This document shows positions 1 through 11,863 of a DNA stretch of 64,000 bases, piece after piece. Position 1 is the stretch's first letter, and the number at the start of each line of letters is the position of its first letter. Source of the DNA: Trichoplax adhaerens (taxonomy: Eukaryota > Animalia > Placozoa); contig NW_002060954.1 of the NCBI RefSeq assembly GCF_000150275.1, positions 496,001 through 560,000 of the forward strand. Reading direction: 5' to 3'. The translations under genes and the position numbers were made by a program. The notes under the pieces are model-generated. The model saw nothing but the letters and a program-made list of their open reading frames with translations, was not told the DNA's origin and searched no databases.

Positions 1-1140
1 ACCAGCGCATGAAAGATGTTTGCATCAGCCTTTACCTAGCTTTACTACTCCTTCGGATGTTAGTAATACGTTACCAGCTGAAAAATGTAATAAAATCATT
101 AGGATTCTGTCTTAGATTGAGCTTTTAGTCTTCTATATACCTTTTACGTCTCTATGTATTCTGTTCGTACTGTGCAGATAACGCAAACCCTATGTGTATA
201 TATGATACATTGTTAAGATAGGACGCATACTGGAAGATAGTTATCCTTCTTAAATTGCTTATTTTCGGTTTTAAGATGTTAGATTATAGAAGGCTTACCT
301 CTAATGTTCCTATGCAAATGGCTGCAACCTCATTCTCATGTAGTAAGTCTTTGTGGACTTTAATGGTATAAAAATCAAGAAATTACAATTTTTAATACAA
401 TTTAAATTCCACGAAAATAATTGCGTTCTGAGTGCGTATGTCACAATACCTTCTACGATATCTGCGGCTGATCCTATGCAGTATTCCATTGAAAGCTAGA
501 TAAAGTAAGCAAGAATCGTTTAAGTTTGCCGATTGCAATAGTTCGTTTAGAGTACGGGTGTGTCTCAGAGCGTCATTGAATCATTCATGCCTCGAGATAG
601 TGTATAATTTAATTAAGTTTACGTGAGCTACAACAAAATTTTGTAACATACCCAAACGTAATCATCCACTAAATAGCAACCATAATATTCAATAATATTC
701 TTGTGACTACATGACCGTAGGAAGCTTATTTCTTTAATAATTTCTTGCCATTTCTACGAAGTCCGAATTAGTTGCTTTTAAATAAATAATATTACTGTAT
801 ATTACCTAGGGCTCACATAATGATTCTTTCTTTACCTCTTCGGAATTTTTACCATTGAATGACATCTTCTTGATAGCCATGGCTTGGCTATTACTTTTAT
901 TACGTGCCTAATAGAAATATTTGATACTTTTATAATTTGCAACATTCAAATCAGATTTAACTTAAAATCTGTAGAAAATAAGTATTATATTAATTATAAT
1001 TAGGTTGGCTTCCTTACAAAGTAGACAGCTCCGAAGCTGCCATGGCCAATTTCTCTTAAGATATTAAATTTCTTATTTGGATTTTCATGCGAAAAATATT
1101 CACCTACATTAGGGTCATTCCAACCCGTTGTAGAAGGCAT
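1..1140 (-). CDS. TAOK: TAO/STE20-family Ser/Thr kinase, N-terminal kinase exons; gene runs off the window start
   Basis: ATG at 1140. Spliced exons with GT-AG introns read [41 protein letters not shown] / [24 protein letters not shown] / [29 protein letters not shown] / [15 protein letters not shown] / [20 protein letters not shown] / [16 protein letters not shown] / [28 protein letters not shown] and MEYCxGSAxD are TAO signatures. A probable 5'UTR exon ends at a CCAG|GTAAGT donor near 3021. Confidence 0.95.
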
Positions 1141-1605
1141 TCTATGAAATGAGAAGGAGTGGGTACGTTCGCTTAGAGTCAAGATCAGGATTTATATCAC
1201 GTAATCGTGAAGAAGAGCTTTTATGTCTTTACTAATTTCCTGTAGGTTAACGTAGTGAAACGTATACATAACTAAATCTTCTTTAGCTGTAGCTAACAGC
1301 CTCAAATTGTTTTAAATTTAGTATATACTCGTATGGCAATAGTTCTATCGGTACTGTAATGCTGCGCTTCGTTTTGGAAAGATTAAAATCAATTAATCAG
1401 GGTTATGGCCGCACCTCCAACAGATGTGTTTATTGAATAATGTAGAATAAGAGGAGTCACTAGGCTAGTGTTCTGTACGTGTTCGTACGTTTAGTTCAGA
1501 GTACTGAACTTCTTGCAAGACTCACTCACTTTAGTTTAATTTCGAGGATGAGGTTTTATACATATACAAGAGTTAAGCTAACTATAGAAGTCTTTCAGGT
1601 TCTCC

Positions 1606-1880
1606 ACTGTACACTGTCGACGACTACTACAGTAGATTTCTTTTAGTAGTCCATGACACTGTAAACGATGCAGCACAGCATAAATAGTACAGAAATTTGT
1701 AGTTTGATAAGGGTTGTCGAATCATCTCACTGTACTGTACAGTCATGGACTAGTACTGTACGATGGTGTACTGTAGGTACTGTAGTGTACAATGTACACT
1801 GTACAGTACAGTATACGGTATGCAGTACGGTAGTAGTGTTTTTTCGTTTAGTTGTCCTACTACTGTACTGTACACTAGTG
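1606..1880. repeat. (GTACW)n pentamer repeat cluster (ACTGT/ACAGT units), in TAOK 5' region
   Basis: Runs such as tgtactgtacagt and tactgtactgtacac; source of the spurious [11 protein letters not shown] at 1668. Confidence 0.8.
1618..1655. mobile_element. 38-bp palindromic micro-element or transposon footprint with perfect 7-bp flanking duplication
   Basis: ACACTGT-[cgacgactacta...tagtagtccatg]-ACACTGT (flanks 1611-1617 and 1656-1662). Confidence 0.6.
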
Positions 1881-1899
1881 CTCGTATAAATATAGTACA

Positions 1900-1970
1900 A
1901 ATATTATAATAATAATAATAATAATATATAATTAATTAATTAATTTGTATACTGTATTATTATTATTATT
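1900..1970. repeat. (AAT)n / (TTA)n microsatellites in inverted arrangement
   Basis: ataataataataataata ... tattattattattatt. Confidence 0.8.
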
Positions 1971-3148
1971 ACACTACCTGAAATTGGCAAATATAACAGA
2001 GCACATTAAACATACTGTACCTAGACCAGAACGGCATACATAGTCGTTAAATCGATTTCTCTTCTGTGCTGTACTTATCATGAATAAAAATTCTTATGGC
2101 TTTCACTATCGGATCTACTCTAAATGCTGAAGATGCAGATCAGAGCTTATGGTACGGTAGTTCTTTCGTGGATGTAATGCTTTACTTAAGGGATGGTTAG
2201 TTACTATAAAAATTTATCATCAAATGCTATTTCTGATATCTTGACGAGCATGGTAACGGGTAAAAGCTTTTTTACTCATGGGTAAGAACGTGGCGATAGC
2301 TAAGATCATCATAAATAAGTTTATAGTATTGAAACAAATTTAAACTCTATCAAAATTACTTTAATTCACAGTTACTCAACTTTCATGTACATACGAGTAT
2401 TTACCTACGAATAACAAACGAGTACACCATTAATATGACTGGAAACTACCATATTAACGGCTGTTGGGTCTCCAAGAACTAACGCCCAACAGACTGTCAT
2501 GACTGCGACAAAATATAATTCTCGCTAACAATTATCAGTGATATATAGGTATATAGCCTAGCCTGAATTTTACTTACTATAATCCCTTCAAATTTGCAGT
2601 ATACATACAGTGTGAATTAACCCATTTATGTGATACTTGGTCTGGGCATCAGATGATTCCCTAATCCCAAACTTTAAGTTTACGTTGGACCTATATTTAG
2701 AGATTATTTTTGGTGTAGAGTATACTCACATAGATAGATCTTTACAGTATGATCCGATCTTTATTCATGTTATTTAAATTTTACAGTAGGGCATAATCAT
2801 TCATACACCCGGGCCAATCTCAACTAATGTGATACAATCCATCAAATATAACAAACATCAGTATTCAAAATTATAGAAGCACTCTACAGTACTGTACTGT
2901 ATTGATCAAATATCCTTCTCACATTTACCACTCAGTTTTCAGGAGTAAGAACTAATTCATAATAATTTTAAAATTCTTTACATACTCATTATGCGATGAT
3001 CCTGTTGCAATGTTACTTACCTGGAATTTCTATCTTTTCCACAATCTGTAATATAATTCCATTCCTTAATAAAAACTCTGGTGCCAGAGAAAGGCTCTAC
3101 GATTACAAACGATGACAACCAAGTGAATGCCGTCTAGTCGATGCAAAT

Positions 3149-3590
3149 ACTGTACTGCACATACCGTACAGGCGTGCACTAGAGACCCTCTATAGGGTCT
3201 CTAGCGTGCACTGTACAGTGTACAGTATCAGAAGTACGGGACCGTACAGTACAGTACAGTACATGTCTGTCAGTAACACTGTACTGTATCAACCATACTG
3301 TTCAGTACAGTACATTAAGAAATAAAATATACAGTACTGTACTGTACATGTACCGTACTGTATGACGTACTGTACAGTACATGTACACTGTTACTGTACT
3401 ATTACCTTCATGAAAACGGATGGGCGGACACTCATCTTGAAAATGATTACAGTAGTCCTGTACAGTGTACAGTACAGCACTTTTTTAGTGAGTCCCACAT
3501 CTGCTCAGTTCTGTTCTGGCCACCGTACAGTACTGTACAGTACTGTACTTTTTACTGTTAAAAATTCTTTTACAGTACTGTACTGTACAT
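3149..3590. repeat. (GTACW)n cluster between divergent TAOK and FAM216-like 5' ends
   Basis: Dense acagtacagtacagtac and tactgtactgtac runs. Confidence 0.9.
3180..3203. mobile_element. 24-bp fold-back (TAGAGACCCT-ctat-AGGGTCTCTA) with perfect 8-bp flanking duplication GCGTGCAC
   Basis: Direct repeats at 3172-3179 and 3204-3211; perfect 10-bp inverted arms; the same left arm recurs at 45854. Confidence 0.65.
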
Positions 3591-4159
3591 TTCCATTATA
3601 TCCGAACACGGACAGGAACTCCCTGGACGGTTGGACATTTCATCTTCATATCGTCTCAAAACTGTTCCAAACACTCCTATTCGTTATAACTTCAGTATGC
3701 AAATTAGCAGATGTTACATTGCGAAATTGGTTCATTTTCCTAAATTATTTACAGTTTAACAGTAAAACTGGAGTAATATTCTAGTTTCCTTAGTTCTACT
3801 TTTCGGCAGTTATACAACGTCATAAGTGTTTTTGAATTACTAGTGATGGTTAAGAAAACATGCCCAGAAGATCAGTACTAAGTCAGTACTTTTCGACATT
3901 TTTAGACGATTTAGACTTAACGTTCGTCCACCCGAGACCTATTCAGCTCATGTTACGGCGGACATCTAGTATTCTTTCCCCACCCCCCCCGTACCTACGC
4001 GTAAAAGTAAAGAAGGAATTTTTTTGCACTACAGTATACCTATTTTCTGTTGGGGCCTACCAACTGTATAATTTTTTTCATAGTCTGCTCATGATAGTAG
4101 TTATTATTTAGCTACTGGGAAAGAACCAATAACATTTAACATTGAACGATGTCTTATAG

Positions 4160-4185
4160 CGATTTACTCGTATACGAGTAAATCG
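4160..4185. other. Perfect 26-bp palindrome CGATTTACTCGTATACGAGTAAATCG
   Basis: Sequence equals its own reverse complement. Confidence 0.9.
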
Positions 4186-5636
4186 AAATATTTTTGAATT
4201 CTCTTTTGGGCTAAATTGATGCCCCTAAACGTATTAAATACGTGTTCATATTTTCATTTGTGAACCTGAAACAGTGACGACTTGTATGTATTTTTACTGT
4301 ACTATAAAATATTTTTTTAGCACCGAAGTATTCTGACTAGTTAACACAGCGATTTTAATACTTATCGCAATATTTTACTGTAGCGTCATTTGGGTGTATG
4401 TGTAGTGCAGCTTACTATGTTGTTATTACTGGAAAAACTAAAATCACCTTTTTAGTTTTATTTTATTTACCATATTTAAAACTGAATTTTTAAGACCAGC
4501 CAATTCACTATTTCCGATGAAAAACTCTACAGACCGTACAGACACCAGCACGTTAACTATAAACACGTTTCTGTAGCTCCATGGAAACTGCGAGTTACGA
4601 CTATTATGACTATACAATACGCATTGTTTTCAAGTACTGTAAACATTGCGGGTTTAGCACTTATTGTCATAATTTACAGTTGATACGATTGCAATTAATT
4701 ATCGATCGATCGCTAATATCCGGTTATAGATATAGTGATAGTACTTGTATATTAATATTTCACGAGCTGCATCGCATATCTTCTGCGGAGTATAGTATAG
4801 CATAATAAAATCATAGTAAATATCGTACTAATTAATACCTATAATCTATGAAGTCGCATTATATTATTATGTACATGTTATTGATAATGAGTTATACCTC
4901 GAGACTTATGGCATGATACATTAAGAACATGAACTATTCGTATTTCGATTAACGGTATACAATAGAATGCTTAATGCAGTACTGTAGTTACTATTGCTAC
5001 AGTATAATGCACTCAGCAACTCAACAATAAACACAAGTTTGCTAAAACGTACTTAAAAATAAGACTTTACTATACGAACACTAGCATACAGTACGGTATA
5101 CACTGTACACTGCTATATTCACGTTATAGTTGCAAGATCGTAAGTTCGTAACTAAGGTCAATAAATAATTAGGCCACCAACGCCTGACGTACAGCATGTA
5201 CACGCAGCATACAGAATGTTTATACACGAACAATAGTCAGTAATACTGTATATACAAAGCCGAGTCGCAACCTGATAATAATTATCCTGTAATTTAATGA
5301 TGGCCGCTTGATGTGTTATATGAAGATTTTAGATATACGAGTATCTGCACTATATTTTGTGATTAACTAAGCGAATGCATCTTACCAGTGTTCCTACCTT
5401 CAATAAAAACACGTGAATAGGTACGAGAAATAAAATTAAGTCCTTTAGAACTTGTAGCTTTATTTTAAAAGGTCTTCTTATTTAGAAGTAAAACAGATTT
5501 ATAGCTTCTAAGTATCATTTAATGAATAGTGAAGAAATATTATTAACAATCTTCTATCCGTCTTATTTTTTGCTATTCTTTATATCGTACAGTAACTCAT
5601 TTTCTGCGTATTGGAAGGAAAAAAGCCTACATTGAT

Positions 5637-8600
5637 ATGCCAGCATCAAGATTTAGCGATGAGGTAAGGCAGCTAAGACGTATTTGTACGTAAGTATGAG
5701 CGGCAAACTTAAGCTAGCGATGAGTTGCATTTGCGACTACGCGATATGGTTAGTTATTATCTCGCCTAAGTTCTACGTAGTGCATGCTATAACGTAAGCT
5801 TCTATAAAAGGAACTCTAGCAGGACAATACTACGATGCAGTCAAAATTATAGTCAAAGTAATAGCTGGAGCCAATCAGTCGATTTTAAAGTTATGCAAGT
5901 AAAAGAGTGGGAGTATCATTATCTGTGACAAGACTTTCAGAAATAGTAACTTTACTAAATTTTGCTATTTTTACCTAATACGTGCTTAAAATAATACTTG
6001 TTGAAATGTTCGCACGTACAGTACATACGATTAACTTGGAATCGCTATCAGATTGAGCCCTTGAGCCATGCGTGTACTCCGATTTAACACAACACTAGTA
6101 TAATTGTAATTCTCCAACTATAATTAACTGATTCGAAAAACTGATTTTTTCGGGAACCAATATTTACGATATACAGAAACCTTATTTAGATGATTATAAA
6201 AATAGTATTTGCAATGGTAATTGGAATGCAATTTCATGAATTACTCCTTTGGATAGCTACCTTTTTCTATAATTAGATAATTTAATTCTCTATATTAATA
6301 CAAAGAGAACTCTTATATCTAGTCCATTATGATTTCTATTGCGACAGTAGATCACTCACGCTAGACATTATCTTATCAGTCAGCTATGCGGTTTACCTAC
6401 CCTAATTGCTACGTGTTATAAGTCTCATAAATAACGTAATTATTTATTGCGATATGAATAAGTTAAAAGTTGATGATTTCAGGAGATTCTTAACAATACT
6501 GCAAGATGTTTCAGGTAGCTTTTTAGACTCATTTTAGAGAGACAGTATGACTACTAGTACATTAGGAGCTACCAATATGGGTTATAACAGAGATTATATA
6601 AGTAATAATATCCCTGAAATCAGAAACACAACTCAATCAACTGTAATGAAATCTGTGTTTTTCAGAAATAAATTTAAATAATTATTGCTTTAATTTTAAA
6701 TTTCTCGCAATGAATATCTATGTGTAATCGTAATACTGTACCACCTAGATCGACTTAACTGGACACATTGCAACAGTTGTCGGAATGATCAGTTGTATGA
6801 CAGCAACGAATTTGTGATTACTGTGTATTGCTCGATAAATACACAATTATGATCTGCCCGATGGATCAAATTAATTAATCATAAGAATCAATTTTCAAAT
6901 GCGGATAAAAAATTTTGATAGCTTTCCATACTTGCAAATATTTTCTTAAGTAGTTACAATATTCAAACCACTAAGTATCTGTACTCATCCAGCAACGTGG
7001 GGTATATCATGCTGTGTCTCGATGTATTGTCATTATTAATAATTGTAGGGTAGGCTGTTTCTATCGCCCCTGACTGGTAGCTTTTTCTATAATCAAATCC
7101 GTCATAACTACTATTGAATTAGACATCACGTAAACAGTATCATGGTAACCTACGATCGAGCTATTCACATACATCTGTTTCTGGCTTAAGAGATACACGT
7201 TCAAATTTAATTTCCTATTTCTTTCCTGACTATTCTGTGAGTACTGATATTAACTGAAATAGTTCTGTCTCTAAGTTGAAAAATTCGATGATGATTCTTA
7301 CGTAAAAACTTTACTAATTATTTGCTTTACAATTATCATCTTGATTTGTATTTGTTTTATATGGCAAAATTTGTCTCGTGACAATATCCGTAAAAGATAA
7401 AAAATCTTCAAATATTAATCAGGACATCATTATTAATGAAATAAGTCTGAGATGTCATGCCGTATTTAAAAATCTAATAGTTATGAATCAAGCTTAATTC
7501 TGATAAAGTTCGGCTGAATTTATTTATACTCATAACGGCGAATGCTTATGCGGGATCATGCAAGAGTACTACTAATAACACGACGGCACTATAATTTTTT
7601 ATCAGCAGTCCTTTAAATTATGATTTACTAACACTATTATGATGTACGTATACAGAATAGTTTCGGCGTAAATTTTCTACAACGTCGCTAAAAGTTAATC
7701 TCTTATAACAGTTAATTCCTTATTACTGAATTGGCAATTCACTATAATACAGTAGGCAACGTAGTACTGTATCGTGATTAAATAAATATAGTATATGATA
7801 ACCTGTTTTGTAGTGCAATTTTGTTTTAACTTGAACCATAATATCTAACAGACAAACATGATGCTGAACGCTATCTTGCATACGAGTCGCGTGGTGATGC
7901 AACACAAGTTAACTCAGTATGCGCGTAAATTATAATACGCAGTTTATTATTTTCGCAATATTAACTTTTTCAGGTGTAGAACTATGTATTAGATGAAAAG
8001 ACGGCACTGAATTATTATGAATAATACTGTACAACCAAATTGAAAAATTTTCTTATTGAATCTATGTTGTAATTAGAGGGAAAATTTGCGTACTGAGAGA
8101 ACTTCACCTAGGGATACCGTGAAGAAGAATAAACCTGTCAATTTAACTTTCGATCCTTGTAAGTAGATTTTATTGTCTCTATTTGTAATCCAAGGATCCT
8201 TAGAGCTATCTTGGATCTTGTAAACATATTAAAGGTCTAAGGTCTCTACAATACCGTTAACTTTATTGATACGTAGTTACAAAATCAACTGAAGATTTAC
8301 ATATTAATCCGAAGACTCCAGAAGTGAAGCCAATCGATTATCAAGAAATGGAGTCCGCTCCAACGATCAACGGTAAAACCATTCAGTTCAGTCTGCCTAA
8401 GAATATTGCTAATGAAAGATACAGCTTTCTCTATCACCCGCAACTATCTTCCAGCCAACGTTATAAATTATGGAGTATTGCTACAATGTATAATGTTCAG
8501 CCTCTTCGTGATACGAAACGAAAATTATATGAACAGCAAAAAAACCTATCACTTAAAGAGATTGAAATAAAGAAGAAGATGTTACTTCAGATTGAAGAAA

Positions 8601-9775
8601 GGCAGGGAGTACATAAATCAACTTCTACTATACCCAGCAGGATTGTATCAGCACAAGTTACAGGCCATAGAAGAGCCGAAACGTTACCTAAACCTAGGAG
8701 ACCGCATACAAGTCCGCCACGAACTTCGACTTCTCGTCAGCAAGATAGCATGAAAAAATTTATGCAGCGTCTAAATTCTGCAAGATCGAATGAATTTAGA
8801 CAAAATATTGCCGCAGCGGCTAAAGAGACAAACAGGAGAGAATTACCAGATATCAATGATAGCGGTTCTATGCTTTCTGCTCGCAATCGCAGTGACATCA
8901 CTTTATCTCAGCGAAGTCGTGCAAACTCGTATAGGAATCGAAATGGATCATACATGCAGAGAGACAGATCCGCTTCGCAGAGAAATCGATCAAAACAGGC
9001 TGACGACTCTACTAAAAAATCAGAAAATAATGAAGACACAATATCACAAAATCTTGACGTTTTAGCCGAATATCGTGCACCAGATGCTCCATGGGCGTCT
9101 GCCGATACCGTCAGTATTGCGGAAAGTATGTCATTAGGAGGAGATAGAGTTTTATCTCATTTTGCTGATACATTGTCTTTGGGCGGTGATCGTGTTATTG
9201 GTAATCAGGACAGCATATCCCTGACAGGAGATTTACCTACCGGCAGAGGAATGCATAGCGAAACTGTAAGCAGAGACCAAGAAACTGATGTAACTGCTGC
9301 TGGTCACTCAACTTCGGTCGAAAACAGAGTAGATAAGGAAGGTGACGATATTAGTATTGGTACGCCTAGTATTTCGGAAGGTATGCTAGAAGAACCTAAA
9401 AAAGTAACTCTTGGATTCACAACGGAAGAAGAGACGATTCTTGAAGAAGGTGCTACTGATTTCGATGTAGTTCGAAAACGACGTGCGCAGACTACGATCG
9501 AGAATTCTATTCGTAGAGCTGATTCAAATGCTAGCATGTCTGGTCGAGCAAAGAGCGGCTCGTTTTCCACTAGTATAAAAAATTCTCAAAGTAGCACAAG
9601 TATATCTAGCGATGATTCTTTTCATAAAGCTTTAAGAGCATCATCAGAAGATCCTGGCGATACTTTTTTTACAAATCGCCAAGATGCTAGAGCTGGTGAT
9701 GGCTTTTGGGGTAGAATGGCTCAGGAAAAGAAAGACACACTTAGTGTCTTCGGTAACTCAGAAACATTAACGTAA
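5637..9775 (+). CDS. FAM216-like protein (about 535 aa) with a long Ser/Arg/acidic disordered tail
   Basis: Predicted exons 5637-5663 (MPASRFSDE, tentative), 8077-8158 and 8277-9775 join in frame. LPKNIANERYSFLYHPQLSSSQRYKLWSIATMYNVQPLR resembles the FAM216 core (xPKS...FLxHPxLTxGQKRYLxSIAxIY). Confidence 0.7.
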
Positions 9776-11863
9776 TTTTCGACTCGATAATAAATCATAC
9801 AATGTCATATTAGTAATTGTAATCAGTGTCAGTCATCTTAAGATAGAACTATGAGTTCTTATAGGGCTGCATATTGCAGTAGCAAATCTTTATAGGTATA
9901 CCCTGGATCTGATATTGTATTTGTAATTTTATTAGTAATACATACACATTCTATACGTAAAGAACCTGACTAAAAATAGTAAATTTTACATCATGAATCA
10001 GTTACTAGATTTTGAAGTCGATACCAGGAACGTAGCGTGTACAATATACCATTTATCTAATATTTTATTTTCTCTAAAACTGTTAATAACGGTAACTCGA
10101 ATTAAATTAGCTACCTAGTTTCATTTCTGACCGTTTATCGAACTACTATATATATATTGTACAATGGAGTACAAAGTAGTGGTAAAGCTTCGTAATATGT
10201 TCTACTAGCTAATTAAAAGAATTATAATTAATAAGGAAATCTTACTTTTATTTGATCTATGAGAATCAAAATAACCTGTCTGTTCATTCGTTATTTGCCT
10301 AAAAATTTTCATTCTGTAGAAACTAATAATTTTTATTAATTTAGTGAATAAATTACGATTACCGTATTTGGAATTAGCAAAGGAAACTTACTGAATGTTT
10401 GCTTATAGACAGACGTGATTGAAAGTGTTGCATTTATGCATTTTATAACATTTTAACCGGCAAGAGGCGCGCTACGCTTCTATTAAGTATCTGAATACAA
10501 AACAATACAAATGCATTTCTTTAAATGGTGTTAATTTATATCTAAATTATGTAATAGTAGTACCTTCGTCTCCAAATAGAATAGATATATCTAGTAAGGG
10601 CCATACGGTGTACTTGTACGTTTACATATAAATAGCAGTAAATATTCGATTGCATGCAGTTATTATAACAGTTGCTGTATAGCAGATTAGTAGCCATTTT
10701 GCATTTGTAGACTACAATTAATGTTAGATGCTAAAATTTGCCCTATTTCGTAAAATTTTTGAAAACATAACCAGTCGTGTTTATATTGAGTATGCATTAA
10801 TTTTATGCTTCAGCGAATTATAAATGCATGATATAACGAGGTCGCTGTTTGGGGGCTTTATGAAGCAATATCCAAAATTATCAGAGCAGTATTCTGAACC
10901 TAAACCTACAGTGGTAAGTTTACATTATAAGTACATATATGGAGAAATAGGGGGTTACTGAAAGTTTAGTATAAATTAATTATAATTCAGTCCCTTGATT
11001 ATAATTACTACATATTGCACAATGCACAGATACATTAAATCGTAGCAGCTATTGCTATGGAATTAACGAACCAAAATCTATCGAAACTAAAAACTAAAAT
11101 TAATGAAAATTGAAGAAAGTCAGGCATACACGGTCGTGGTACAGCTTAAGATCATAGCTATTATTATAATAAATAATTAATCGCATACCAATGGCAACGA
11201 TCGCTAACAAATCAGCTATTCATAGCCTTAAAATCAGCAAATATTTTAAAATTTTTGAAGCGAAAGAGTAGATTTCCTTTTCACTTGAAATTTGCGAACA
11301 AAAGCAAGTACTGCGTATTTGGGCTCAAACGAGGTAATCAGCAATCTCTAAATTAACATTTGTCTTTTATTTTGCAACAAATACCTAGCTAAACGTAAAA
11401 TATAATTAAAATTTACAACACATTATTTAGATAAATCATATAGTAACATTGAATTTATATCTTACGTACGACACTATGATCACTTGTAAGATCCTATCAA
11501 ACAGAAGTACTAATTACTATACAATTACTGTGTTTCATGACTAAATAGTAGCTTGACAAGTTAAATCGTAAGTTTTGAAGTTAACACAGGGTAATTCGAT
11601 GTAAACATAGGTCAGCACAATTACATCTTGATGTTGTTACGCAAAAAGTTATCAAATAAATCATTACATTGATCCATGCCTAATGTATAAAATAGTCAAA
11701 GCACGGTAAAACCATCTATATTATATCACTTAGTAAAAAATTTTAATCATAATTACAACTTTGCATACAATAAAGTCTAGGTGTAGTTGTTGGTAATATT
11801 ACCACTGGTTTAATACTTCAAGATTTTGCATTATAGGCTTAACACTTCAAAGTATAAATTTAA

